NCBI GenBank assembly: GCA_016709495.1
Contig: JADJMS010000015.1
Span: forward strand, 11,981 to 75,980
DNA: 64,000 bases
Source: Candidatus Dechloromonas phosphorivorans
GTDB taxonomy: Bacteria; Pseudomonadota; Gammaproteobacteria; Burkholderiales; Rhodocyclaceae
Reading direction: 5' to 3'
A model generated the notes under the pieces. It was not told the origin of the DNA, did no database searches, and saw only the letters and a program-made list of their open reading frames with translations. A program made the translations under genes and the position numbers. Positions 21,522-31,460 of this stretch are shown here, one piece after another. Numbering within the stretch: position 1 is the stretch's first letter; each line of letters begins with the position of its first letter.

Positions 21522-22449
21522 TTAGGCTGATTTACCTGCCCGGCGGCGGCTAATAAATGCCATTAGTCCAAAACCCAAGCCCAACATGGCTAAACTACCC
21601 GGCTCTGGAACATTCGTGCTTGCATATTTGTAACCGCCAATCGCCAATTCTTCAAATCCTGATTCATTTCCTCTGAGAGACATCTGAATAACAATTTTGT
21701 CAGAATCCAGATAGTTGACATCGTAAAGATTCAAGTCATCAAAGATTGCGTAATAGTCTGGCTTGCCGCTGCCAGTTGTCTTCCAGGAATACGTATTGCC
21801 ACTGTCGGTAGCTGCCGGAATGCTGCATGGGCCGTATGGGGTAGGTGCGGCTGGTCCGATACTCGGTTCGCCGCAGGACAGGACATAGGCGCTCTGGTCA
21901 TAAGCGCCATTGGCGATGGTATCAAGTGCATAGGAAGCCAATGGATTTACGGCATTGCCACGATAAATCGATATTTTCCCCGAAATTTCCAGGTTCGGAC
22001 TCCGCGCATTTTCGTTATGGTCGAAGATGAAGAGAGGCTGATAATTGGTAGCGCCAATTGTCAGCAGTGTCCTCAGAGCCCCAACGGTGCCGGCATTGCC
22101 CGCTCCCCATGTGCCATCGAAATCGCCGGAGTTCAGGGCGTCCATCGGTTTTGCAAACGGGACCGGATTGCTAACCGCATTGCTGGTATATACGATCACG
22201 CCTAGGGTTCCAATGCCAGTGGCGGCAAAAAATTACTTGTGTTGCCCGGTAAATAACCAGCTGTTTGAACTTGGTCCAGCAGGGAGGCAGAAAAAATAGT
22301 GCCTTGATCGTATTGCTGGGAGCTAAGGCCGTCGAATGAGGTTGTTGGTAGCGTTATGGTGGCCAAAGCATGGGCATTGCTGGTAACGCCGATGGCAAGC
22401 AAGGTACCGGTCAGGGTGGTCAGGAATGAGTACCAATTTTGGTTTTCAT
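21522..22449 (-). CDS. PEP-CTERM sorting-domain secreted protein (two homopolymer frameshifts, ~22227-22232 and ~22423)
   Basis: The C-terminus VPEPGSLAMLGLGFGLMAFISRRRAG is a PEP-CTERM anchor. The N-terminal signal MKTKIGTHS(L)TTLTGTLLAIGVTSNAHA rejoins after restoring GG to GGG and A6 to A7. GC content is lower than in the neighbours. Confidence 0.8.
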
Positions 22450-22496
22450 GATGATGCCTCTTTAAATTTAATTCAGGGAGTGATGTGTTTTAAATA

Positions 22497-22512
22497 AGCA
22501 TTATTTGAGCCA
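22497..22512 (-). promoter_or_regulatory. Candidate sigma-54 (-24/-12) promoter for the PEP-CTERM gene
   Basis: The minus strand reads TGGCTCAAATAATGCT. GG and GC sit at the canonical TGGCAC-N5-TTGC spacing, about 48 nt upstream of the ATG at 22449. Confidence 0.5.
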
Positions 22513-22685
22513 CTATAACTTTGTTCATATATTCAATGTCCTGCGAAATCGTGGTGGTTCGTGATCCACTACGGTGTAAAGAAATCCGTCACAATTTCTT
22601 CACGGTTTGGTGTTTTTCTTTATTTTTCTGAACCCCGCACTTGAAATCGCACCGCTTTGGGGTTTTGTCTGCGGAAGAGCTGTCG

Positions 22686-23252
22686 TTAGGCTTGAGTATC
22701 TTTAGCTGTGAGTCTTGCTGAAACAACCCGCTGCATCAGGCCGCGGCTAATAACAAGTACTGCTACCAAGAACAGCAGCGGGTCGAGCAGGGCATCCCAC
22801 AGGTTGGGAAACAGGCCGCTGGCGTAGCCGGCGAGGTCGAGGGCGAGGATGATCAGCCAGGTGTTCTGGCGTCGCCACCAGAGCGCGACGGCAATGGGGA
22901 TCAGGGCAGCAAGCAGCGTCAATGGCTGGTAGCCGAGGGCATAGGGGTCAAATGGACCCCAGCCCAATGCTGTTGGATAAAAAATTAGACCAAACAGGAC
23001 TAAATAAAGTGCGGGGCGCTGGCTGAGTGGTGTCGGTATCTTGTCCGTCAGTTGCAGCAAGGCCAGTTGTAGTAGCGTCAGCGACGGCGTGCCAAAGGTG
23101 CCGTGCATCATTGGCGCAATGCCGGCGACCAGCGCCAGGCCGGTAGCGAGCAGCGCGGCACGGGCGCGTAGTTGGCCGAGGGGCAATAGTGTGACAAGAG
23201 CACCAAAAATCAGGCCGTGGGCGAGTAGACCGTAAGCGGCTTGGACATTCAT
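22686..23252 (-). CDS. Hypothetical polytopic membrane protein (188 aa)
   Basis: Strongly hydrophobic with about 6 predicted TM segments. A 4-nt overlap with the upstream BNR gene indicates operon membership. Confidence 0.6.
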   Translation of the reverse strand: MNVQAAYGLLAHGLIFGALVTLLPLGQLRARAALLATGLALVAGIAPMMHGTFGTPSLTLLQLALLQLTDKIPTPLSQRPALYLVLFGLIFYPTALGWGPFDPYALGYQPLTLLAALIPIAVALWWRRQNTWLIILALDLAGYASGLFPNLWDALLDPLLFLVAVLVISRGLMQRVVSARLTAKDTQA

Positions 23253-24382
23253 GGTTGTGCCTCATCCAGCCAGGCCTCGCTGAAAGCAGCGTGCATGATA
23301 TTTTGCCGGCGCCACGTGTAGGCCAGGTGAATCAGGCCGTCACGGTCAAGCAGCAGGGCCGGGTAGGAGAATTCGGCGCCGCCATCGGGTGCCGTTTCGA
23401 CTGTGCGGCTGGTTTGCCAGGTTTTGCCTTCGTCGGCGGAAATCCAAAGCAACATGGCTTCGCGGCCATTTTGTGGGTTGCCGGCGAGGAGCAGTCGGCC
23501 GCTGCGCAGGCGCAGCAGCGCAACTGATGAATTGGGATTGGGTACGGGCAGTGCGGCGCCGGCTTGCCAGCTCTGCCCGGCATTTTGTGTGCTGGCCAGT
23601 TGAACCTTGCCCGGACCGGGGCCGGCGTCACGCAGCAAGGCGATGGCGCGTTGGCCGTCGAACACGGCAACGGCGGGTTGCAGGGTGCGCACGTCGTGCG
23701 TCATGCGGGTTTTGTCGAGGATTTGCCCGGTCGCTGAAAGGCGCAACCATTCGCCATGCTTGGCGATAAATTCGTGGTAAACCGGCAGGCCCAGCCCGCC
23801 ATCAGCGAGCGGAATGGGCGCGGTGCGCACCAGTGTGCTGATGCTAGCGAAGGGCGAGGTTTGCAGTTTGGTCGGCTTGAACCAGGTAGCGCCGGCATCG
23901 GTGGAAACACTATGGTTGATCGAACTGCCAGCCCAGCCGCCCACGGCAACGCTGACATACCAAAGGTGCAACCAGCTGCCCTCAACGAATAGCACCGGAT
24001 TGCCGACTTTGCGTACATAGGAAAATGTGCCGCCTGCCGTGCTTTCTCGGTTGGCAATGGGTTGCGCCTTGCTCCAGCCATCCTTGTCGCGCAGGCTGAA
24101 CCAGATGGCAACATCATCGGCGCCTTCCTTGCTGCCGGCAAACCAGGCGGCGGCAATACGCCCGTCAGCTAATTGAGCGAGGCTGGCGGCATGGGCCGAC
24201 TCGGCGGCTTTGGGGAGTTGCTCGGCGGTGAACTGGGTAGGTAATTGCGAAATGCTGGGTGACGGTGGTGGCACAAATGCCGGTGGCTGCGGTGAAGGCG
24301 CGCGCCAAAAGGCAGCAAGCAACGCTGCAATAAACAGGATGGCCGAGAGCCAACGCATGGCTTTGGGCGACAGTTGCATCAC
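23249..24382 (-). CDS. BNR/Asp-box repeat protein (sialidase-fold, exo-alpha-sialidase-like) with an N-terminal membrane anchor
   Basis: Asp-box repeats SVSTDAGATW, STQNAGQSW and SADEGKTW. N-terminal TM is WLSAILFIAALLAAFW. 4-nt overlaps on both sides. Confidence 0.7.
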   Translation of the reverse strand: MMQLSPKAMRWLSAILFIAALLAAFWRAPSPQPPAFVPPPSPSISQLPTQFTAEQLPKAAESAHAASLAQLADGRIAAAWFAGSKEGADDVAIWFSLRDKDGWSKAQPIANRESTAGGTFSYVRKVGNPVLFVEGSWLHLWYVSVAVGGWAGSSINHSVSTDAGATWFKPTKLQTSPFASISTLVRTAPIPLADGGLGLPVYHEFIAKHGEWLRLSATGQILDKTRMTHDVRTLQPAVAVFDGQRAIALLRDAGPGPGKVQLASTQNAGQSWQAGAALPVPNPNSSVALLRLRSGRLLLAGNPQNGREAMLLWISADEGKTWQTSRTVETAPDGGAEFSYPALLLDRDGLIHLAYTWRRQNIMHAAFSEAWLDEAQP

Positions 24383-26016
24383 GGCTGACTGACCTCAAAC
24401 CAGAACACGGTGGTCAGCAAGGGGGCCAGCGAGCGGCTGCTCACGGCGCTTTTCCAGTCGTTGCTCGTGGCGCCAACGCGGGCGAAGCGCAAGCCTGAGC
24501 CGTGTGATGCCAGTGTCTGGTAGCTGCCGAGTTGGGTGGCTTGATGATTTGTTACGGTCAACGCGGTTTTGAAGCTGGAAATATCTTTTTCTTCAACAAA
24601 AATCGGGGTTTTGCTGGCTGCCAGTTCGCTCAAGTCAAACTTGTCGAGCTTCCCGTAGTGCCGATGCGCCTGAGCGGTGAGGATGGGAAGCATGGCCGGT
24701 TGCGGGCCATCGAACATGGCGATCGACTGTCTACGACCCAACTCAATGACCGAGGCGGGTACCGCATTGATGCCCAGTGCCGGGAAGACGCCGGCGAGTA
24801 GCGCAATCCAATAAACTGCCGGTGCGGCGAGTGTGTTAGCAAGTGCACGCTCATGCCACCAGGCCCAGCCCAAATAGATGGCCGGCAAAACCAGCCAATA
24901 CCACCCGCCGAGTTGAAACCAAAAAGCGAAGCCAGCCAGCACACCGCCCACCCCCATGGCGAGGAGCATGCCGAGGCGGAAAGGCCAGCGCACTCGCACT
25001 TGCGGCAGGGTCATGGCGAGGAAAATCGATAAGGGAACCAGCGAGCCAATCAGGTAGCGGTCAAAACTTTTAATGAACAAAAACGGCAGGAAGGTCGCAA
25101 GAAACCAGAACAGGGCGAATCGCGTTTCCCATGTTCTGCTGCGCTGCTGCCAGGCGGCAACTGCAAAAACAAAAACCCAGGGCAGTGCCACATTGAGCAG
25201 GCCGAAGAGAATGCCGGGCGAAAGATTGAAGAACTGGCGCGACTCCAGTTCATCGGCCAGGACCAGATTGGTCGCTTCCGGATAAAGCGCCCGCACAACA
25301 AAAAACCAGGGCAGGGCGAGCAGTGCCCAGAGTAGCCCGTGACCAAGCAGCGCTTTCCAATGCCGCCCAAGGTGGGTGCCGCGTAACTGGCCGCTGAATA
25401 GCAGCGCCAGGCAGCCACCGCCGAAAACCAGCGCAACTATCGGCCCTTTGGTCAGAAAACCGGCAACCAGGAGCAAGCTTGTTACGGTCAACTGGAAAAA
25501 ACGTCGATTTTTTAGCCAAACCAGCAATGACCAGAATGCCGCAGTAGATAAAGCAGCCACCGGCATGTCGAGCATGAAACGCCGGCCTTCGGAGGCGATG
25601 CCCAGGCAGCCGAGCAGAATGCAACCGGCGATCAGGCCGGGTTCCGTTTTGCCGGAAATCCGGCGGGCGATACCGGCGGCCGCGATGATCAGCAAGGCTG
25701 CCGCGAGAACGCCGATGATACGGGCGCTGACCAGTGAAATGCCAAAAATTTCGTAACTGCTGCGCCCTACCCAATAGAGCAGCGGCGGTTTGCGGATGCG
25801 CGGCGCGCCGTCGAGGAAGGGAACCAGCCAGTGGTTGCCCTCGATCATTTCCATGGGCGTGCGCAAACCGAGAAAAAATTCATCCTTGCCGGTCAAGCCC
25901 GTCGCTTCCCAAATGCCGGGGATCAAAACGGCAAGGGCCAGCAGAAAGAGCAGCAGGGTTTGGCGGGCGGGGGAAAGGGCGAGCATGGGGCGGGATTTTA
26001 ACCCGCTTAGTCGCAT
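24379..26016 (-). CDS. ArnT/PMT-like glycosyltransferase (GT39/GT83 family, polytopic membrane)
   Basis: 545 aa. GKDEFFLGLRTPMEMIEGNHWLVPFLDGAPRIRKPPLLYWV is the typical ArnT-like N-terminal loop, and there are many TM segments. Confidence 0.75.
   Translation of the reverse strand: MRLSGLKSRPMLALSPARQTLLLFLLALAVLIPGIWEATGLTGKDEFFLGLRTPMEMIEGNHWLVPFLDGAPRIRKPPLLYWVGRSSYEIFGISLVSARIIGVLAAALLIIAAAGIARRISGKTEPGLIAGCILLGCLGIASEGRRFMLDMPVAALSTAAFWSLLVWLKNRRFFQLTVTSLLLVAGFLTKGPIVALVFGGGCLALLFSGQLRGTHLGRHWKALLGHGLLWALLALPWFFVVRALYPEATNLVLADELESRQFFNLSPGILFGLLNVALPWVFVFAVAAWQQRSRTWETRFALFWFLATFLPFLFIKSFDRYLIGSLVPLSIFLAMTLPQVRVRWPFRLGMLLAMGVGGVLAGFAFWFQLGGWYWLVLPAIYLGWAWWHERALANTLAAPAVYWIALLAGVFPALGINAVPASVIELGRRQSIAMFDGPQPAMLPILTAQAHRHYGKLDKFDLSELAASKTPIFVEEKDISSFKTALTVTNHQATQLGSYQTLASHGSGLRFARVGATSNDWKSAVSSRSLAPLLTTVFWFEVSQP
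24550..24564 (+). repeat. Over-represented oligomer copy: TGTTACGGTCAACGC
   Basis: Lies inside the ArnT-like CDS, in frame. The minus strand encodes ALTVTN. Confidence 0.8.
25480..25492 (+). repeat. Over-represented oligomer copy: TGTTACGGTCAAC
   Basis: Lies inside the same ArnT-like CDS, in frame. The minus strand encodes QLTVTS. Confidence 0.8.
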
Positions 26017-26075
26017 ATCTCTTTCGGGGTGGTGCTACGGCGTTAGCCGGATTTCAAGGAAATGTATGAATTGTT

Positions 26076-27044
26076 TCAGAAGCTCATCGCCAATCCGATG
26101 GCAAAACCACGGATATTTTCACCAAAAGCCCAACGCGCCACCAGGCGGGTGCGCGAAACAATGATGTCGTAGGCGCTCGAGTCAAATTCAAGTCCAAGAC
26201 CAAGCGATGTCATGTGGTTGAAGCCGAGCAAACCTTTCTGGTCGCCCAGATAGGTCGTGTGCGCGCCTTCCAGCACATAGCGCAAAGGGCGCTGCATCAA
26301 CGACATGCCGGTTGGCGCGCGGTAGCGGGTATATAGACTGGTTGCTTCGGCCGCTGCGCTTCCCTTGATGCTTTCCGATGTGTTGCCGAAGGTTTGTAGC
26401 TGGATATTGGTATAGCGCCATTCGACATCAACCTCGTATTCCGGGCGCACCAATTCGTAATCGAGCATCAGCGAACCACCCAGTCCGTAGGCATTCATTT
26501 GCCCACCTTTGAGGAAGTCGAGATTGCGGTCGTAACTGATTTCCAGATAGCGCGTGAAAAGATTCAGGTCAGAGGCGACCTGGCCGAGGGCGAAATTGAA
26601 TATCGGGCGAAATTTCAATTCAGGGGTGATAAAGAAATCCCAACCGATGCCGCCGGAAACAGAAAGCGAGTTCCAGCGAAAAGGCACTTTGATTGTGTCC
26701 TGACCGCGCGTGGCAACAAACTCAGGGTCGTAGCGGATGTAAGCGGCTGAACCCTCAAGATAAATCGGGAAATTCTTGCTGACGATATCGCCACCGGCGA
26801 GCTGGGTCATCGCAAGGCTTTTCTTCTCGGAGCCGGCGCTGCTGATCGACAGGAAACTGCTGGTCAGGTCGGGCACAACAGAAAAGGACATCAAGGCCAG
26901 CACATCATCGGCATGCTGTTTGACCCGGTTGCCAGGCAGCGAGTACTGAGCGGCAGCGGGGAGTGCATACAGAATGGCCAGCAGTGCTAGTGCTTGACGT
27001 AGACGTGTTGTGCTGGCGATGGCAGTGGGTGAAGCGAAATTCAT
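26076..27044 (-). CDS. Outer-membrane beta-barrel protein (stand-alone autotransporter-like barrel)
   Basis: Signal peptide ends ...LYALPAAAQ. The sequence shows an alternating beta-strand pattern and a C-terminal ...GLAMSF ending in Phe. Confidence 0.6.
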   Translation of the reverse strand: MNFASPTAIASTTRLRQALALLAILYALPAAAQYSLPGNRVKQHADDVLALMSFSVVPDLTSSFLSISSAGSEKKSLAMTQLAGGDIVSKNFPIYLEGSAAYIRYDPEFVATRGQDTIKVPFRWNSLSVSGGIGWDFFITPELKFRPIFNFALGQVASDLNLFTRYLEISYDRNLDFLKGGQMNAYGLGGSLMLDYELVRPEYEVDVEWRYTNIQLQTFGNTSESIKGSAAAEATSLYTRYRAPTGMSLMQRPLRYVLEGAHTTYLGDQKGLLGFNHMTSLGLGLEFDSSAYDIIVSRTRLVARWAFGENIRGFAIGLAMSF

Positions 27045-27121
27045 GTTTTGAGGCTGGCTGTTGTTTATGTGATTTTACAATTGTCAGCTGGCTGACCTGG
27101 CGAAATACGGTTCCGCTGCCG

Positions 27122-27910
27122 TTAGCAACCCTTGTAGTCGGGCTTGCGTTTCTGCATGAAGGCATCTATGCCTTCGCCGGCATCTTCACTCATCATGTTG
27201 CAGGCCATGACTTCGCTGGCGTAGTCGTAGGCCTCGCTGAGGCCCATTTCCAGCTGTTTGTAGAACATGCCCTTGCCCATGCGCACGGCAATGGCGCTCT
27301 TGGCCAGGATGCTGCCGGCGAGACGTTCAATTTCGGCGTCCAAGGCATCGGCCGGCACGACACGATTGACCAGACCTTTGGCACGGGCTTCCATGGCGTC
27401 GATGAACTCACCGGTGAGCAACATTTCCAGCGCCGTCTTGCGGCCCAGATTGCGGGCGAGGCCGACCGCCGGGGTTGAGCAAAACAGGCCAACATTGATG
27501 CCGGAGACGGCAAATTTGGCCACATCGGCAGCCACCGCCATATCGCACATCGAAACCAGCTGGCAGCCGGCGGCGGTAGCAATGCCATGGACGCGGGCGA
27601 TGACCGGTTGCGGCATTTGCGTGATCGTCAGCATCAGCTCGCCGCATTGCTTGAACAGCGCCTGCATGAATTCCTTGCTGTGGTTGCCGCGCATTTCCTT
27701 GAGGTCGTGGCCGGCACAAAAGGCCTTGCCAGCACCCGCAATGACGACAACACGCACCGCTGTGCTGGCGGCAATCGCATCGAGTTCCGCTTGTATTGCG
27801 CTCAACATGTCTTTTGACAGGGAGTTGAATTGGCCGGGGCGATTCAGGGTCAGGGTGGTCAGGCCATCGGCGCGGTCCGTGCGAATAACGAGGGGTTCTA
27901 CGGTGTTCAT
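27122..27910 (-). CDS. Enoyl-CoA hydratase/isomerase (crotonase) family protein
   Basis: LTLNRPGQFNSL...VVVIAGAGKAFCAGHDLKEM is the crotonase signature. Confidence 0.9.
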   Translation of the reverse strand: MNTVEPLVIRTDRADGLTTLTLNRPGQFNSLSKDMLSAIQAELDAIAASTAVRVVVIAGAGKAFCAGHDLKEMRGNHSKEFMQALFKQCGELMLTITQMPQPVIARVHGIATAAGCQLVSMCDMAVAADVAKFAVSGINVGLFCSTPAVGLARNLGRKTALEMLLTGEFIDAMEARAKGLVNRVVPADALDAEIERLAGSILAKSAIAVRMGKGMFYKQLEMGLSEAYDYASEVMACNMMSEDAGEGIDAFMQKRKPDYKGC

Positions 27911-28009
27911 GGTCTGTCTCCGGATTTGAATTATTCGAATCGGCTAATTTAATCGATGTGGCGCAAAATGCAATCAGAAGCCGGCGGCAGGAACGGTAAA
28001 ATTACGAAC

Positions 28010-31000
28010 ATGAATCCCCCGCGCTACGTCCACCTCCGCCTCCATTCCGAATATTCAGTGACCGACGGCATCGTCCGCATCGGTGATGCCGTCAAACGCG
28101 CCGCTGCCGATGGCATGCCAGCCCTGGCAGTGACTGATCTGTGCAACCTGTTTGGCCTCGTCAAGTTCTACACCGGCGCGCGTGGCAAAGGGGTCAAGCC
28201 GATTGCCGGTGCGGATGTCTGGGTCGCCAACCCGGAAGCGCCCGAAGCCGCTTATCGTTTGCTGCTCCTGGCGCGTAACCGGGTGGGCTACCAGCAATTG
28301 TGCGAGTTGCTGACCAAGGCGTATCTGGCGGAAGGCCGGCGAGACCGCGCCGAAATCCGCCGCGAATGGTTCACCGAACTCGGTTGCGATGGGCTGATTG
28401 CACTCTCCGGGGCGCATTGGGGCGATGTTGGCGATGCCTTGATCAATGGTAATTTTGATCTGGCTGGCGAACGTGCCAAAGCTTGGGAAGCGATTTTCCC
28501 GGGGGCTTTCTATCTCGAAGTCCAGCGTTACGGTCAGCCGCAGCAGGAGGCCATCGTTCAGCAGACGGCTGATCTGGCCGGCGACCTGGGCTTGCCGCTG
28601 GTGGCGACGCATCCGATCCAGTTCATGAATCCCGATGACTTTCAGGCGCACGAAGCGAGGGTCTGTATTGCTGAAGGTTATGTCTTGGGCGACCACCGCC
28701 GGCCGAAGATTTACACCACAGAGCAATACTTCAAAACGCAGGAGGAAATGGCGACGCTGTTTGCTGACCTGCCTGAAGCGCTGGCCAATACGCTGGAGAT
28801 CGCCAAGCGCTGTAATATCGAAATGACTTTGGGCAAGAACTTCTTGCCCAATTTCCCGACGCCGCCGGGTATGACGCTGGATGATTTTCTGGTGGCCGAA
28901 GCCAAGGCCGGTCTTGAGAAACGACTGGTCGAACTTTATCCCGATCCGGAAGAACGTTTGAAACGCCGGCCCGAATACGACGAGCGGATGATTTTCGAGT
29001 GCAACACCATCGTCCAGATGGGTTTCCCCGGCTACTTTTTGATCGTTGCCGACTTCATCAACTGGGCCAAGAACAATGGCGTGCCGGTTGGCCCCGGCCG
29101 GGGTTCCGGCGCCGGCTCGCTGGTCGCCTATAGCCTGCGCATTACCGACCTTGATCCGCTCGCCTATGCCCTGCTGTTCGAACGCTTCCTGAACCCGGAA
29201 CGGGTATCGATGCCCGACTTCGATATCGACTTTTGTCAGGACAACCGCTGGCGCGTTATTGAATACGTGCGTGGTCATTACGGCGCCGATGCCGTGAGCC
29301 AGATCGCCACTTTCGGCACCATGTCGTCGAAAGCGGTCATTCGCGATGTCGGCCGCGTGTTCAGTCTGCCGTATTCGATGTGCGACCGTATTTCCAAGCT
29401 GATTCCCATCGTCCAGAACAAGCCGGTATCGCTGGCTGAGGCGCTGGAGCAGGAGCCGCAGCTTAAGGAAATGATGCAGGGCGACGGGGATGGTGAAACC
29501 GTCCGCGAACTGTTCGATCTGGCCGGTCGACTTGAGGATTTGATCCGAAATGTCGGTATGCATGCTGGCGGCGTGTTGATCGCACCCGGAAAAATCACCG
29601 ATTTCTGCCCGATCTATCAGGCGACTGGCAGCGATGCTTCGCCGGTGTCGCAGTTTGACAAGGATGATGTCGAGAAGGCCGGTCTGGTCAAGTTCGACTT
29701 CCTGGGTTTGCGAAATTTGACCATTATCGAGCTGGCGGTGGAGTACATCCGCCGCATGACCGGCGAAAAACTTGATCTTATGTCGTTCGGCTTCACCGAT
29801 CCCGCTGCCTATCAAATTCTGAAAGATGCCAATACGACGGCGATTTTCCAGGTTGAATCGGAGGGCATGAAGAAGCTGCTCAAGAAGCTGGCGCCTGATC
29901 GTTTCGAAGACATCATCGCTGTACTGGCGCTCTATCGTCCCGGCCCGCTCGGTTCCGGGATGGTGGATGACTTCATCCTGCGCAAAAAAGGGCAGCAGAA
30001 GATCGACTATTTCCACCCCGACCTCACTGCCTGCCTGTCGCCAACCTACGGCGTCATCGTGTACCAGGAACAGGTGATGCAGATCTCGCAGATCATCGGC
30101 GGCTACACCTTGGGTGGTGCCGACATGCTGCGCCGCGCGATGGGCAAAAAGAAGGCTGAGGAAATGGCCGAACACCGGGCGACGATTGCTGCCGGTGCCA
30201 AGCTGAAAGGTTACGACCCGGCGCTCGCCGAGCAGTTGTTCGACCTGATGACCAAGTTTGCAGAGTACGGTTTCAACAAGTCACACACTGCCGCCTACGC
30301 TGTGGTTACTTATCACACTGCCTGGCTCAAGGCACACCACTGCGCGGCCTTCATGGCGGCGACGATGTCCTCCGACATGGACAACACCGACTCGGTGAAG
30401 ATTTTTTACGAAGACACCATCAACAACAAGGTGAAGGTGTTGGGGCCGGATGTGAATGCCTCGAATTACCGTTTTGAACCAGTCGACCGCAGCACGATTC
30501 GCTACGGTCTCGGCGCGGTCAAGGGGACCGGCGAGCAGGCGGTCAATGTCATCCTGAAAACCCGCGAGACGGATGGCCCGTTCAAGGATCTTTTCGATTT
30601 TTGCCAGCGTTGCGACAAGCGCATGGTCAATCGCCGGACGACTGAAGCCTTGATCAAGGCCGGCGCTTTCGACAGTATCGATCCCAACCGCTACAAGTTG
30701 TTGGCTTCGGTCGGTGTGGCGATGGATTTTGCCGAGCAGGCCGAGCGCAATGCCATGCAGACCAGTCTGTTCGACATGGGTGCCTCGGCCGAGGAGCATG
30801 CGCCACAGTACATCGCGGTTAAACCCTGGGATGAAAAAGAGCAGTTGATGCAGGAGAAGGCTGCGCTCGGTTTCTTTTTCTCCGGCCATCCCTACAGCAG
30901 TTTCAAGAAAGAGTTGTCGCGCTTCATTCGGCGGCCGCTAAATCAACTTGCGCCAGCCAAGGAATTAACCATGCTGGCCGGGTTGGTGGTCGGCGTGCGC

Positions 31001-31456
31001 ACGCAGATGACACGCCGTGGCAAGATGCTTTTCGTTCAGCTCGACGATGGTACGGGGATGATCGAGGTAACAGTTTTCAGCGAATTGTTTGAAGCTGAGC
31101 GCGCCAAAATCGTTACCGATGAGGTGCTGATCATCGAAGGCAAGGTTCGTTTCGACGAGTTCTCCGGCAGCAACAGCGTTGTGGCTGAAAAACTGATGAC
31201 CCTCGGCGAAGCGCGCGCCCGTTTTGCCAAACACCTGTTGTTGCGGATGAACGGTACGGCCGATGCGCGCAAGTTGAAATCTCTGCTCATGCCATTTGTG
31301 CCTGGCACCGCTCAGGTACGGCTCCGCTATTGCAATGCCGCCGCCGAGTGTGAGTTGGTGCTGGGTGAAAAGGTGCGCGTGCGGCTTGATGATCTTTTGC
31401 TTGAAGCGTTGACGGATTGGCTGAAGCAGGAAAACGTCGAGATCGTTTACAACTAA
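28010..31456 (+). CDS. dnaE: DNA polymerase III alpha subunit
   Basis: MNPPRYVHLRLHSEYSVTDGIVRI is the PHP domain start. GPGRGSGAGSLVAYSLRITDLDP and PDFDIDF motifs are present, about 1148 aa from the internal ATG. Confidence 0.95.
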   Translation: MNPPRYVHLRLHSEYSVTDGIVRIGDAVKRAAADGMPALAVTDLCNLFGLVKFYTGARGKGVKPIAGADVWVANPEAPEAAYRLLLLARNRVGYQQLCELLTKAYLAEGRRDRAEIRREWFTELGCDGLIALSGAHWGDVGDALINGNFDLAGERAKAWEAIFPGAFYLEVQRYGQPQQEAIVQQTADLAGDLGLPLVATHPIQFMNPDDFQAHEARVCIAEGYVLGDHRRPKIYTTEQYFKTQEEMATLFADLPEALANTLEIAKRCNIEMTLGKNFLPNFPTPPGMTLDDFLVAEAKAGLEKRLVELYPDPEERLKRRPEYDERMIFECNTIVQMGFPGYFLIVADFINWAKNNGVPVGPGRGSGAGSLVAYSLRITDLDPLAYALLFERFLNPERVSMPDFDIDFCQDNRWRVIEYVRGHYGADAVSQIATFGTMSSKAVIRDVGRVFSLPYSMCDRISKLIPIVQNKPVSLAEALEQEPQLKEMMQGDGDGETVRELFDLAGRLEDLIRNVGMHAGGVLIAPGKITDFCPIYQATGSDASPVSQFDKDDVEKAGLVKFDFLGLRNLTIIELAVEYIRRMTGEKLDLMSFGFTDPAAYQILKDANTTAIFQVESEGMKKLLKKLAPDRFEDIIAVLALYRPGPLGSGMVDDFILRKKGQQKIDYFHPDLTACLSPTYGVIVYQEQVMQISQIIGGYTLGGADMLRRAMGKKKAEEMAEHRATIAAGAKLKGYDPALAEQLFDLMTKFAEYGFNKSHTAAYAVVTYHTAWLKAHHCAAFMAATMSSDMDNTDSVKIFYEDTINNKVKVLGPDVNASNYRFEPVDRSTIRYGLGAVKGTGEQAVNVILKTRETDGPFKDLFDFCQRCDKRMVNRRTTEALIKAGAFDSIDPNRYKLLASVGVAMDFAEQAERNAMQTSLFDMGASAEEHAPQYIAVKPWDEKEQLMQEKAALGFFFSGHPYSSFKKELSRFIRRPLNQLAPAKELTMLAGLVVGVRTQMTRRGKMLFVQLDDGTGMIEVTVFSELFEAERAKIVTDEVLIIEGKVRFDEFSGSNSVVAEKLMTLGEARARFAKHLLLRMNGTADARKLKSLLMPFVPGTAQVRLRYCNAAAECELVLGEKVRVRLDDLLLEALTDWLKQENVEIVYN

Positions 31457-31460
31457 TAAT

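Noticed and set aside
22560-22685. Intrinsic terminator downstream of the membrane-protein gene (AACCCCGC...GGGGTT)
   Set aside because: Only the outer 5-6 bp pair. The inner arms do not complement and the loop is long, so it is too weak to call.
28515-28530. GCGTTACGGTCAGCC inside dnaE, resembling the over-represented oligomer
   Set aside because: There is one mismatch in the core (CAGC instead of CAAC), and it encodes the conserved QRYGQP. I did not count it as a copy, to avoid inflating the tally.
28055-30175. 706-aa ORF on the minus strand, antisense to dnaE
   Set aside because: Same reasoning: it is the mirror frame of a highly conserved gene and has no family resemblance. Long stop-free antisense frames are expected at this GC content.
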